Below, one piece after another: positions 19,309 through 29,205 of a DNA stretch of 64,000 nt. Source of the stretch: Myxococcota bacterium (lineage in GTDB: Bacteria; Myxococcota_A; UBA9160; SZUA-336). Location of the stretch: NCBI GenBank assembly GCA_965247115.1, contig CBDFGR010000002.1, positions 608,001-672,000 of the forward strand, in the 5' to 3' direction. Every line of letters starts with the position of its first letter. Position 1 is the stretch's first letter. The position numbers were made by a program, and so were the translations under genes. The notes beneath the pieces are model-generated. The model did no database searches. It worked only from the letters and a program-made list of their open reading frames with translations, and was not told the DNA's origin.

Positions 19309-20493
19309 CTAGCTGTCGGTTCGCAGGGCTGGGTCTGCCGCCTGGAGGCGCCGCACGACGTACTTGCCCAGCTCCCACGTGGTGCGCTCCAGGGGCGAGA
19401 AGCCACCGGTTGGCGAGAAGCGGGAGCTCATGCCCGTGTGGGTGCCCCGAGCGCCGGCCATGTCCTGGTAATTGAGCTCCTCGAAGCCGTTGATAGCATC
19501 CTCGACATTCCGCTGGAAGTCGGGCATGCGGGTGGTGCTCTCCGGGTAGCACAGGTTGATCCGCACCTGAGTGCGATCGACGCCCTCGGGGAAGAACAGC
19601 AGGTAGAGCGCGCCGTCGGGCACGCAGGCGATCAGGGTGTTCGGGTAGATCAGAAAGATGTTGAACGATTGGAGCTCGAATTCACTGAGTCCATCGATCG
19701 CCGGGAAAGGCGACTGCTCGAGCTGGGTGCCGCTCACCCAGGGATGCGGCTTCTCGCAGGGCGTGAAGGAGGTCGTCCAGGCGCGCTCCGGATCCTCCTC
19801 GCCGAAGGTCTCGGCCACCCGATAGAAGTGCGCCACCTCGGGATGGGTCGCGGGAACGTGGTACATGTCGATGCCCTGCTCCACCGAGAGCTTCCAGTTG
19901 CACTCGTTGGTGAAGATCATGGGCTCGCAGGCGCGCAGGTCGCTGAAATTGTAGTTCCCGAAGCGATCCTCGAGTCCAGCGAGCCTGGGGGCAAGAGGCC
20001 GGGCGTTCGGGTCGAAGTTGACGAAGAGGAACCCCTGCCAGACCTCCGTCTTGAGCTGGTGGAGGCTGTGCTGCTTGCGGTCGAAGCCCCTGGCCTGACC
20101 CATGAGCGGTGCGTTCAGCAGCTCGCCCTGCAGCGAATAGGTCCAGCCGTGGAAGGGGCAGCTGAAGTTCCGGCAGCGGCCACGCCCGTCGACGACGAGC
20201 GCACCGCGATGCCGACACACGGTCGACAGCACCCGGACCTCGCCCGTGTCGTCGCGCACGACGACCAGCGGCTCACCGTAGAGCTCGAGCGTGAAGTAGT
20301 CGCCGGGGCTCGGGACCTCGTCCACACGTCCCACGCACGACCACTCCTTCGAGAAGATCTCGCGAGTCTCGCGCTCGAGGATGTCGGAAGAGCGGTAGTA
20401 GTATGACGGTAGCCGCTGCGAACGTTCGAGGGGGTTCAGCAGGGCGGTGAAATCGGAACGCATCTCCTCCGATGCCTTGATCTGCGCTCTCAT
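19309..20493 (-). CDS. Rieske non-heme iron oxygenase alpha subunit (choline monooxygenase/CntA-like group)
   Basis: Rieske cluster CRHRG...CPFHGW. Mononuclear Fe site NWKLSVEQGIDMYHVPATH, then NYQD. Confidence 0.92.
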   Translation of the reverse strand: MRAQIKASEEMRSDFTALLNPLERSQRLPSYYYRSSDILERETREIFSKEWSCVGRVDEVPSPGDYFTLELYGEPLVVVRDDTGEVRVLSTVCRHRGALVVDGRGRCRNFSCPFHGWTYSLQGELLNAPLMGQARGFDRKQHSLHQLKTEVWQGFLFVNFDPNARPLAPRLAGLEDRFGNYNFSDLRACEPMIFTNECNWKLSVEQGIDMYHVPATHPEVAHFYRVAETFGEEDPERAWTTSFTPCEKPHPWVSGTQLEQSPFPAIDGLSEFELQSFNIFLIYPNTLIACVPDGALYLLFFPEGVDRTQVRINLCYPESTTRMPDFQRNVEDAINGFEELNYQDMAGARGTHTGMSSRFSPTGGFSPLERTTWELGKYVVRRLQAADPALRTDS

Positions 20494-20506
20494 CAGACCA
20501 CCTCCC

Positions 20507-21685
20507 CTACTCGGCGAGCTCCCCCATCGTCTTCCGGATCACGTAGCGATCGACCTCCCAAGTCGTCCGCTCCACGTGTGAGAATCGCCCTGGTCGGAGC
20601 AAGCGGGACTTCATGCCGCGCTGCGTGAGCCGGGCACCGACCATGTCCTGGTTGTTCGTGATGGCGAAGCCCTCCATCGCGTCGTTCAGGTGCTTATCGA
20701 AGTCGGGAATCTTGAACGTGCTCTCGGGATAGTAGAGGTTGATCGTCACGTTGGTTCGATCGGGGCCTTCGGGATAGGCGGAAATCGAGAGCGCCCCATC
20801 CGGGAGCGGAGCTACCAGGGTGCTCGGGTAGATCAGGAGCATGTTAAAGCTCTGCAGCTCGAAAGCGCTCAAGCCCTCGAGAGCGGGGAAGGGGGACTTG
20901 GCCATGTTGGTCCCCGTCACGTACGGGTAGGGCGCCTCCGCCTCGGTGAAAGACGTCGTCCACACACCGTTCGGGTCCTCCTCACCAAAGGTCGCAGCCA
21001 TACGCTTCTGGGTCTTGGGCATGAAGTGGATGTTGGGCACGTGGTACATGTCGATCGCCTGCTCGATCGAGAGCTTCCAGTTGCACTCGTTCCAGAACGG
21101 CAGTGCTTTTGTCGCCCGGAGCGAGCTCAGGTTGTAGTTCTTGAACTTCTCAGAGAGCCCCACGAGCTTTGGGCCGAGCGGGGACGCGTCCGGGTCGAAG
21201 TTCACGAAGATGAAACCCTCCCAGATCTCGACGCGCAGCTCGGGCAGGGGCCAGTCGCTGCGATTGAAGTCCGTGGCGCGGTTCATGTTCGGGGCCCCGA
21301 TCAGCGCCCCGTCCAGATTGTAGGTCCAGCCGTGAAAGGGGCACTTGAAGGAGCGGGCGTTTCCCTCACCCTCGACCACACATGCGCCGCGGTGCCGGCA
21401 AGTCCGCGAAAACGCGCGGACTTCTCCTTGCGTATCGCGCAGAATCACGATCGGTTCGTCAGCGATGTCTTTGCAGAAGTAATCTCCGGGGTTCTCGATC
21501 TCATCCACGCGACCGACCCCGAGCCACTCCTTCATGAAGATCTTCCGGACCTCGAGCTCGTAGAACTCGCGCGACGTATAGCAGTGGGGCGGCAGCGTGT
21601 GGGCCTCGTTGAGAGGCCGCATCGTGGCGGCGAGCTGCTCGCGGAGCTGGACGTCGATCTCGGGCGTAGTCGCTGATGCGGTCAC
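20507..21685 (-). CDS. Rieske non-heme iron oxygenase alpha subunit
   Basis: CRHRG...CPFHGW, NWKLSIEQAIDMYHVPNIH, NNQD. Confidence 0.92.
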   Translation of the reverse strand: MTASATTPEIDVQLREQLAATMRPLNEAHTLPPHCYTSREFYELEVRKIFMKEWLGVGRVDEIENPGDYFCKDIADEPIVILRDTQGEVRAFSRTCRHRGACVVEGEGNARSFKCPFHGWTYNLDGALIGAPNMNRATDFNRSDWPLPELRVEIWEGFIFVNFDPDASPLGPKLVGLSEKFKNYNLSSLRATKALPFWNECNWKLSIEQAIDMYHVPNIHFMPKTQKRMAATFGEEDPNGVWTTSFTEAEAPYPYVTGTNMAKSPFPALEGLSAFELQSFNMLLIYPSTLVAPLPDGALSISAYPEGPDRTNVTINLYYPESTFKIPDFDKHLNDAMEGFAITNNQDMVGARLTQRGMKSRLLRPGRFSHVERTTWEVDRYVIRKTMGELAE

Positions 21686-21868
21686 TTCGCTTCCTCCTCC
21701 CCTAGGATCTCAGTGTCGACGACTATACCAGACCCTCGAGCACGTCTGCCAAGCGCCTGTGCCGATTGAGCCAGATACTCGGCGGAGGAGGTCTGTTCAC
21801 TCGCTGGTCATCATTGTTGCCCCGGGTTAACCTAGCGCTCAGGGGTCAGATGAAGGGGAGGCAGACAG

Positions 21869-22201
21869 ATGGCTGGAGCCACGGTCTTTCATCGCTTCGT
21901 CACAGACGCGAACCCGATCCAGGTCGAGTGGATCGCGATCACGGCCGACTCGGCCCAGGACAACCCCGACGGCTCAGTCAAGAGCCATCTGATCAACCCC
22001 CTGCGCGCCGTCCTTCTGCCAGCCAACCAGGACCGCGGCGGCACTCCATCCGGGGCCAGCGTCGCGCTTCGGCAAGGCTCACCGGAGCTGACTCTCCACG
22101 ATCTCGAGAGCGATCAGGAGATCATGGTGATCGTGATCGGTTTCGGGAGCGTCGACTACACCGAGAAGTACAGACCCGAAGGGACCGGACGCGAGTCTTG
22201 A
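21869..22201 (+). CDS. Hypothetical protein (110 aa), paralog of 38738-39097
   Basis: GGAGG RBS. Gap-free similarity to 38738-39097 supports coding. Stop lies 4 nt before the E1-alpha start. Confidence 0.8.
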   Translation: MAGATVFHRFVTDANPIQVEWIAITADSAQDNPDGSVKSHLINPLRAVLLPANQDRGGTPSGASVALRQGSPELTLHDLESDQEIMVIVIGFGSVDYTEKYRPEGTGRES

Positions 22202-22205
22202 GCCG

Positions 22206-23339
22206 ATGGACAGCATGGAACCAGTGAGCAGACTGAACGGGGCCCCTGCAGAGGGCGAACCCCTCGCAGCGGAGAAGCTCGAGCGAATCGACTACTTCGA
22301 AGATCTGCGCGAGCGCTACGTTTCGTTCGACGGGCTAGGCTCCCGCTGGCTCCCGAAGGACCCGGACTCGCTGTCCCTCGACAAGCCGGCATACCTCAGG
22401 CTGCATCACCTCATGTCGCTCACGCGCGCCGTCGAGGAGACGCTGGACTCCGCGTTTCGGGCCGGACACGTCCCCGGAACGGCATTCTTCGGCCGAGGAA
22501 ACGAGGCCGCGAGCGTAGGCGGGGCCTTCTGCCTGCGCGACGACGAGTGGCTCGTACCCATGCATCGCAACTGCGGCGCCCACCTCGCCAAGGGCCACCC
22601 ACCCGAGAGCATCATGGCGCAGTTCTTTGGCCGCGTGGACTCCCCTAGCGCGGGTCGCGAGGGAAACCTCCACCTGGGCTATCGCCCAAAGAAGATCACA
22701 CAGCTGATCAGCCACATCGGCACCATGGTGCCGATCGCGGCGGGGCTGGCCCTGGCCACCAGGTCGAAGGGCCCGGGCTCGGCAGTCCTCACGTACATCG
22801 GAGACGGTGGGACGAGCACCGGGGACTTCCACGAGGGGCTCAACTTCGCTGCCGTGCGCCGCCTCCCCCTGGTCGTCGTGATCGACAACAACCAGTACGC
22901 ATACAAGACGGCGCCGTCGGAGCAGTACGCGTCCCCGACCCTGGCCCAGAAGGCGCCAGGCTACGGGATTCCGGGCTACCTGATCGACGGCACCGACCTG
23001 AGGCTCGTCCTACAGGTGTGCGGACGGGCGCTGGAGCGCGCCCGCGCGGGCGAGGGCGCGACCCTGATCGAGAGCGTCACGATGCGGACCGTCGGGCATT
23101 CCGTCTACGACAAGTTCAAGGATTACGTCGATCTCGAGAACCTGAAGCGCTGGGTGGAGCAGCGGGACCCGATTCGTCTCTTCGACCAGGTGCTGCTCGA
23201 TCATGCCATCGCGACCGAGGAGGAGCTCCGCGCCTCGCACGAGCGCGCGCGCGAGCAGGCCGAGTCCGCACGTGATACGGCGCTGCAGAGTCCGTTCCCC
23301 ACTCCGGAGAGCGTGACCGAGGGCGTCTACGCCGAGTGA
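22206..23339 (+). CDS. TPP-dependent 2-oxoacid dehydrogenase E1 alpha subunit
   Basis: TPP motif GDGGTSTGDFHEGLNFA...IDNNQYA, RTVGHSVYD, RDPI. Confidence 0.92.
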   Translation: MDSMEPVSRLNGAPAEGEPLAAEKLERIDYFEDLRERYVSFDGLGSRWLPKDPDSLSLDKPAYLRLHHLMSLTRAVEETLDSAFRAGHVPGTAFFGRGNEAASVGGAFCLRDDEWLVPMHRNCGAHLAKGHPPESIMAQFFGRVDSPSAGREGNLHLGYRPKKITQLISHIGTMVPIAAGLALATRSKGPGSAVLTYIGDGGTSTGDFHEGLNFAAVRRLPLVVVIDNNQYAYKTAPSEQYASPTLAQKAPGYGIPGYLIDGTDLRLVLQVCGRALERARAGEGATLIESVTMRTVGHSVYDKFKDYVDLENLKRWVEQRDPIRLFDQVLLDHAIATEEELRASHERAREQAESARDTALQSPFPTPESVTEGVYAE

Positions 23340-23343
23340 GCCG

Positions 23344-24342
23344 ATGAGCCAACCCACGTATCGCGAAGCGATCAGTACCGCCCTCTGGGAAGAGATGGAG
23401 CGGGATCCGAGTGTGTTCCTGATCGGCGAAGATATTGGCGTCGGTGGGGGCGCCTTCTACATCACAAAGGGATTCCAGAAGCACTTCGGACCCGAACGCG
23501 TCATCGACGCGCCGCTCTCGGAGGCGGGATTTACGGGTGCCGCGATCGGCGCTGCTCTCGACGGAATGCGCCCCGTCGTGGAGTTCCAGTTCGCCGACTT
23601 CGTGACCGAGACATTCAAGATGATCGTCGACTTCGCAGCGGGCAATCACTACCGCATGATGGGACCCGTGCCGCTGGTCCTTCGCCTTCCGGCAGCCGCT
23701 CTCGCCAGTGCTGGTCCGTTCCACAGCGTGAACCCAGAGCCCTGGTTCTTCGGCACACCCGGCCTGAAGATCGTTGCGCCCACAACGGCGTACGACGCCA
23801 AGGGCATGCTCAAGGCCGCGATCCGCGACGAGAACCCGGTCGTGTACATCGAGTACAAGAAGCTCTACAACTACCCGCTCGCAGAGCTCCCTCTAGTGTT
23901 GAGGCCCGAGGTGCCCGCCGAGGACTACGTTGTTCCCTTCGGCGAGGCAAGGATCCTGCGCCCGGGCGAAGATGTGTCGCTGGTTACCTTCGGGACGACA
24001 GTACTCGAAGCCCTCGAGGCAGCGGAGATCCTCGCCGGCGAGGGCGTATCGGTCGAGGTCCTGGATATGCGTTCGCTTGTCCCCTACGACCACGCAGCCT
24101 TGCTCGAGACGGTACGCAAGACGGGCAGGCTTCTCATCTTGCACGAGGCCCGCAAGCGCGGGGGCATCGGCGCCGAGTTCGCCACGATCGTCGCCGAAGA
24201 GGCGTTCGAGGAGCTCGACGCGCCGATTCGACGCGTCACCGCGATCGATACGCCCGTCCCCTTCAGCCCCCCTCTCGAGAAGGCCTACCTTCCAAACTCG
24301 GATCAGGTCGTTCAGGCGTTGCGCGATCTGGCCGCGTATTGA
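23344..24342 (+). CDS. 2-oxoacid dehydrogenase E1 beta subunit
   Basis: IGEDIG, RVIDAPLSEAGFTG, EFQFADF, GPFHS, DAKGMLKAAIRDENPV. Confidence 0.93.
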   Translation: MSQPTYREAISTALWEEMERDPSVFLIGEDIGVGGGAFYITKGFQKHFGPERVIDAPLSEAGFTGAAIGAALDGMRPVVEFQFADFVTETFKMIVDFAAGNHYRMMGPVPLVLRLPAAALASAGPFHSVNPEPWFFGTPGLKIVAPTTAYDAKGMLKAAIRDENPVVYIEYKKLYNYPLAELPLVLRPEVPAEDYVVPFGEARILRPGEDVSLVTFGTTVLEALEAAEILAGEGVSVEVLDMRSLVPYDHAALLETVRKTGRLLILHEARKRGGIGAEFATIVAEEAFEELDAPIRRVTAIDTPVPFSPPLEKAYLPNSDQVVQALRDLAAY

Positions 24343-24356
24343 GCTGAGCGCCGCTC

Positions 24357-25724
24357 GTGAACGTCGCCCGGATTCGGATGCCGCGAATGGGATCGGGGGT
24401 GCATGAGGGCACGGTCGTCGAGTGGAAGAAGAGCGCCGGAGACGCAATCAGTAAGGGCGAGGTCCTGCTTGCCGCCGAGAGCGAGAAGGTGGACTTCGAG
24501 ATCGAAAGCCCCGCCGACGGAGTGCTCACCCGAATTCTGATCGAGGCGGGGACCGAGGTGCCTGTCGGGGAGATCCTGGGACTGCTGGAGACGGAGGCGG
24601 TCGTCCCGGACGCGACCCCGGAGCTCGAGCTCAGCGACTCGCCGCCGGAGCCGGGCGACGCTCGCCCCACGGCGCCGCCGAAGTCGGACGAGTGGGTGGC
24701 GCCGATCGCGCCTCTGCCTCCCCGGGAGGCGCGCTCGGCTCCGACGCGTGCCGCGAGTACCGCGGCTACCGGGCGCTCACGCTCTCGGCCGACCCGACTC
24801 TCGCCACGCGCGCGCCGGCTGCTGGAGGAGCACGGTCTCTCAGAGGACAGCGTCGCCCGCATCCCCGGGACCGGCGCGGGCGGTCGCGTGACGGCGCGCG
24901 ATGTCGAGGCGTTCGCGCACGACACGGCCGCCCAGCTCCCGGGCGCGCCGCTCGCAACGAAAGCCGGCACTGCTACACAGATCCCCGTCGTGTTCCGCCC
25001 GCTAGCCGAGGGGGAGCCTCTGGAGACTCGCGTGGCGCACGGACCGGTGCGGCGTCGCATCGCCGAACGGCTCAGCCAGTCGGCTCGAGAGATTCCGCAG
25101 GTCACCAACCACGTGGACGTCGACCTGGCAGCCATCGCCACCTGGCGGCAGCTGCACAAGGACCGCTTCCGGCGCCGGCACGCAGCCCCGCTCACCTACA
25201 CCCCGTTCTTCGCACTCGCCATCATTGCCGCCTTGCGGGACCCCGCTCATGCGAGGTTCAACGGCACCTACGAGGAAGACGCTGTCGTCGTAAAGCGCTT
25301 CCTCAACCTGGGGGTCGCCGTAGACGCCCCCCAAGGTCTGGTCGTGCCGGTGCTGCGCGGAGCGGACCAGCTCGATTTCGTCGAGCTGGTCCAAGGCCTC
25401 GAGGACCTGACCTCGCGCGCACGGGCCGGCAAGCTCTATCCCGGCGAGATGCGGGAGGGCACCATCTCGCTCAGCAACTTCGGCGTTGCCGGCGTCGTCT
25501 CGGCAAACCCGCTGATCAACCCTCCCCAGCTCGCCATCGTCGGCACGGGAGCTGTGGTTTCCCGAGTCGTGGCGCTGCCTGGAGACACCATCGGAATCCG
25601 CCCCGTGCTACAGCTGTGCGTGACCTTCGACCATCGGGCCAATGACGGGGGCGCAGCCGGTCGCTTCACCTCGGCGGTGGGCGCCGCACTGGAACACATG
25701 GACCTGACGCACCTGCACTACTGA
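24357..25724 (+). CDS. Dihydrolipoamide acyltransferase E2
   Basis: Lipoyl domain ESEKVDFEIESP, E3-binding SPRARRL...GTGAGGRVT, catalytic TFDHRANDG. Confidence 0.92.
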   Translation: MNVARIRMPRMGSGVHEGTVVEWKKSAGDAISKGEVLLAAESEKVDFEIESPADGVLTRILIEAGTEVPVGEILGLLETEAVVPDATPELELSDSPPEPGDARPTAPPKSDEWVAPIAPLPPREARSAPTRAASTAATGRSRSRPTRLSPRARRLLEEHGLSEDSVARIPGTGAGGRVTARDVEAFAHDTAAQLPGAPLATKAGTATQIPVVFRPLAEGEPLETRVAHGPVRRRIAERLSQSAREIPQVTNHVDVDLAAIATWRQLHKDRFRRRHAAPLTYTPFFALAIIAALRDPAHARFNGTYEEDAVVVKRFLNLGVAVDAPQGLVVPVLRGADQLDFVELVQGLEDLTSRARAGKLYPGEMREGTISLSNFGVAGVVSANPLINPPQLAIVGTGAVVSRVVALPGDTIGIRPVLQLCVTFDHRANDGGAAGRFTSAVGAALEHMDLTHLHY

Positions 25725-26926
25725 GCGGCTTCGGAGAGGACTCCGCGGTCGAGGCGCACGGCGACAGGCAGCGTGACGAGCAAACCCAGAAGCCCTGAGA
25801 CGAGGACGGCCCAGCCAAGGCTCGAGTACCCCCAATTCTGCGCCAGGAGCCCCATCGTTCCCGGACCCATGGCGCCACCGACCGTGCGACAGGTGATGGC
25901 GAGCGAGCTCCAGCGACCGAGCGGGTCGAGCGCGGCGAGACACCCGATCGCGTAGGGCAGCGTGAAGAAGGTCGCGGTTGCCCAGATCGGCAACAAGACG
26001 ATGAACACCGTCGGGTTCTCCGTGCGCGCCATGCCCATGCCCGCCAGCACGATCACGGTAATGCCGAACACGAACGGGCGCGTCCGGCCAAAGCGAGTGC
26101 TGAGCCACGCCGCCAGGCCTGCGCCCCCACTGCTCAACAGGGTTGCCAGGCCCAGCGCCTGGCCGATCGCCGGCAGGGAGAGACCCATCCGAGTCCCGAG
26201 GCGCTCTGTCCAGACGTAGAGCCCCACCTCTTCGCCCCCGAGTAGCAGCACGCCGAGAAGCACCGGAATGGCCAGGACCGCTCGCGGCGCGTCGCGGAGG
26301 CTGGTCTTCGCCTCTGTCTCCTTCCCGACGGGCGGCGGCGGGAGCCACGAGAGGAGCGGGAACGCGAGCAGGCAGATCCCGGCCAGCACGGCGTAGGCAC
26401 CGTGATAGCTCCAGGCCTCGATCGCGTAGGGCTCCAGGGCGAGCAGTACCGCGCAGAAAGGCGTCGCGATGATCAGGAACAGCGCGAACAGCCGATCCGG
26501 CTCGCGCGCGGCCGCGATGGCAGCGTAGCCGGCGGCGTAGAGCATCCCAACGCCGGCTCCGATCGTGACGAAGGCAACGAGGAGCACCTCGAACGACTGC
26601 GCCGCGATCGCGATCACGTCTCCCAGAAGAGCCACGGCGGCGCCGGCGCGCGCGAGGGCCACGCGGGAGATCCGGCCAACACGCGACGAGAGAAAGAGGG
26701 AGACACCCGCGATCGCGGCGAGCTCGAGAGTTCCGATCAGCCCCGTCTGGCCCGGCGTCAGGTTGAGCTCGTCCACGATCGCACCCAGGATCAACGGGAG
26801 GGAGCTGTTCGTGCAGAAGCCGACGCCGAGCGCAGCCACGACCGAGGTGACCACGCGCACGTCGATCCCGTGACCCGGGGCCGAGGGTTGCCCGTTCGAG
26901 GACGCGATTTCGGGCCCTGCGCTCAC
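25718..26926 (-). CDS. MFS transporter
   Basis: Hydrophobic helices. IDVRVVTSVVAALG, PDRLFALF and AALDPLGRW mirror 15383-16585. Start inferred at GTG 26926. Confidence 0.83.
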   Translation of the reverse strand: MSAGPEIASSNGQPSAPGHGIDVRVVTSVVAALGVGFCTNSSLPLILGAIVDELNLTPGQTGLIGTLELAAIAGVSLFLSSRVGRISRVALARAGAAVALLGDVIAIAAQSFEVLLVAFVTIGAGVGMLYAAGYAAIAAAREPDRLFALFLIIATPFCAVLLALEPYAIEAWSYHGAYAVLAGICLLAFPLLSWLPPPPVGKETEAKTSLRDAPRAVLAIPVLLGVLLLGGEEVGLYVWTERLGTRMGLSLPAIGQALGLATLLSSGGAGLAAWLSTRFGRTRPFVFGITVIVLAGMGMARTENPTVFIVLLPIWATATFFTLPYAIGCLAALDPLGRWSSLAITCRTVGGAMGPGTMGLLAQNWGYSSLGWAVLVSGLLGLLVTLPVAVRLDRGVLSEAAQ

Positions 26927-26945
26927 GCTCGCTCGCGCTCGGCGC

Positions 26946-27263
26946 TCAGTGGTCCGCGACGACTTCGTAGAAGTGCGTGTCGTTGCTTTCGAAGTACCTG
27001 CCGATGGAGGCGGGGAGCCGCTCGCCGGGCTTCGGAGGCCCGTGGTTCCGCTGCAGCTGCGCAACGTGAGCGTCGAGGGCTGCCTCATCCGTCCACTGCT
27101 CGTAGACCACGAAATCGCGCGGATTGTCGACGTCGCGCAGATAGGCATAGGCAATGCAGCCCTTGTCCTCCGCGTGGGTCGTGCGGGTGATGCGCTCCGC
27201 GAGCTTCGCGTACTCTTCCTCCATGCCCTCGTTGATGCGGAGTTTCACGACGATCGTTAGCAT
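26946..27263 (-). CDS. Antibiotic biosynthesis monooxygenase (ABM)-domain protein
   Basis: EDKGCIAY, FVVYEQWTDEAALDAH. Confidence 0.85.
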   Translation of the reverse strand: MLTIVVKLRINEGMEEEYAKLAERITRTTHAEDKGCIAYAYLRDVDNPRDFVVYEQWTDEAALDAHVAQLQRNHGPPKPGERLPASIGRYFESNDTHFYEVVADH

Positions 27264-27274
27264 GCTCGCTCCTT

Positions 27275-28174
27275 TCAGGCTTCGGGGGAGGCGCTCTCGA
27301 GCGCCTCGGCTATGGCGACGATGCGCCGGGCCTTCCGGGCCAGCGCGATATCAACGAAGACACCATCGACGGTGAGGGCGGCGGAGCCCTCGGCCTCGGC
27401 CGCCTTTGCGGCCGCGATGACACGGCGGCAGAACTCGACTTCCGCCGGATCCGGTCCGAACCGCTGATTGGCGACCGGAACCTGGTCCGGATGCAGGCAG
27501 AGCTTCCCCTGGAAGCCGAGGAGTCGCGCCCGCTCGCAATCCGCCAGGAAGCCCTCGGCGTCGCGCACCTCGAGGTAGGGGCCGTCGATGGGTCGCTCGC
27601 AGCTCGCGGCGCGCGCATCGAGAATCAGCTTGGCCCGCGCGTAGGCGAGCTCCTCGCCGCTGCGCGACCAGCGAATCGTGAGCAGATCCAGCTCACGGGT
27701 GAGATCACCGCTTCCCAGCACCAGCGTGCGCACCCGCGGACTCGCCGCCGCGATCTCGGCGCCACACACGATTCCCCCCGGCGTCTCGACGAGTGGAAGG
27801 ATCGAAACCGGCCCGGCCAGGTCGCGCTCGCCCTCGAGCTCGGAAAGCCGTCCCGCGAGCTCGACGACCGACTGCGGACTGGCCTTTGGCAACATGACCG
27901 CATCCAGGCCGGGGGCGGCGACCGCGTCCAGGTCTTCCTTCCACAACCCGGTCTCCAGTGCCTGGATCCGCACGCAGGTCAGCGGCACCTGGACCTCGGC
28001 GAGTGCGTCGCGCACGATTGCGCGCGCGCGCGCCTTCTCGCGCGCTGGAACCGCGTCCTCGAGATCGAGCACGACGGCGTCGGCGCCGGACCGAGCCGCC
28101 TTCCCGATCCGGTCGGGCCGGTTGCCCGGGACGAACAGCACCGAGCGCAGGAGCGGGATCGGGCGGTCCGTCAT
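27275..28174 (-). CDS. CitE-like CoA-ester lyase (HpcH/HpaI aldolase/citrate lyase beta family)
   Basis: RSVLFVPGNRP, LDLEDAV, PLVETP, LGSGDL, GFQGKLCLHPDQV. Confidence 0.92.
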   Translation of the reverse strand: MTDRPIPLLRSVLFVPGNRPDRIGKAARSGADAVVLDLEDAVPAREKARARAIVRDALAEVQVPLTCVRIQALETGLWKEDLDAVAAPGLDAVMLPKASPQSVVELAGRLSELEGERDLAGPVSILPLVETPGGIVCGAEIAAASPRVRTLVLGSGDLTRELDLLTIRWSRSGEELAYARAKLILDARAASCERPIDGPYLEVRDAEGFLADCERARLLGFQGKLCLHPDQVPVANQRFGPDPAEVEFCRRVIAAAKAAEAEGSAALTVDGVFVDIALARKARRIVAIAEALESASPEA

Positions 28175-29205
28175 TGACCCGCCCGCAACGCTGGCAGGAC
28201 CTCCGCCGAGAGCAGCTTCAGCGACTCCATGGCTGCCTGCGCCGGCATCCCGACCCAGTCGGTTCGAAACACGAAGTGGTTGATCCCGAGCTCATCGCGC
28301 CAGAACCGGAGCTGAGTCAGGCAGTCCTCGGGCGAGCCCAGAATGAAGCGGTCGCGCGCGAGCTCATCGAACGGGACCCGGAACGACGTGCGACCCGGTA
28401 GGGCGCGATCCTGACCCCAGTCCGCATAGGCTCGGTATTTGCGTTCGAGGTGCGGGCGAACCCGGGCGACCGCCTGGGCCCGCGTGGGAGCGCAGTGGAT
28501 CTCGCGAAGCGCGGGTCGCGCGTCGGGAGGAGGCAGTCCGGCAGCGGCGCGCGCCGAGTCGAAGAGCCCGAGCTGCCGCTGGATCGTTGCCACGGTCGCG
28601 TGCGGGTTCGCCAGCCACGCGTCGCTCAGGCGCGCGGCGCGCTCCACTGCGGCGTCGGCGTTCGCGGCCATCCAGATCGGTGGTCGCGGCTTCTGCACGG
28701 GACGGGCAAGCAGGGTTGCGCCCTCCAACCGGCACCCTGGCAGGTCGGCGTCGACCCGCTCTTCAGTCCAGAGGCGCTTCACCAGCTCCAGATTCTGCTC
28801 GAAGCGCCTCACGCGCTCGCCCTTGCCCAGACCGAACGCGTCGAACTCCGCTTCGCGGTAGCCCAGCCCGACTCCGAACACCAGGCGCCCACCGCTGATG
28901 ATGTCGAGCGACGCGAAGAGCTCCGCAACTTCCACCGGATTGTGCAGGGCGAGGAGAAGCACGCCCATTCCGACGCGCATCGAGCCCGACTCGGCCGCCA
29001 GGCGTGCCAGGAAGGGGACGGGCTGCAGCATTGCCAGCGAGTCGGTCAGGTAGTGTTGCCCGGCCCACACGGAGTCCCAGCCCATATCGCCGACGAGGCG
29101 GACCAGAGCTAGCTGCTCGCCGAGTGCGGCAACCAGGTCTGTGCCCGGGGGCTGTTGATTGGTCAGGAACAGCCCGACCCGGATCTCACCCCGGGTGGGG
29201 TTCAC
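28171..29205 (-). CDS. LLM-class flavin-dependent oxidoreductase
   Basis: DSVWAGQHY, HNPVEVAE, GRLVFGVGLGYREAEF, PVQKPRPPIWMA. Confidence 0.9.
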   Translation of the reverse strand: MNPTRGEIRVGLFLTNQQPPGTDLVAALGEQLALVRLVGDMGWDSVWAGQHYLTDSLAMLQPVPFLARLAAESGSMRVGMGVLLLALHNPVEVAELFASLDIISGGRLVFGVGLGYREAEFDAFGLGKGERVRRFEQNLELVKRLWTEERVDADLPGCRLEGATLLARPVQKPRPPIWMAANADAAVERAARLSDAWLANPHATVATIQRQLGLFDSARAAAGLPPPDARPALREIHCAPTRAQAVARVRPHLERKYRAYADWGQDRALPGRTSFRVPFDELARDRFILGSPEDCLTQLRFWRDELGINHFVFRTDWVGMPAQAAMESLKLLSAEVLPALRAGQ

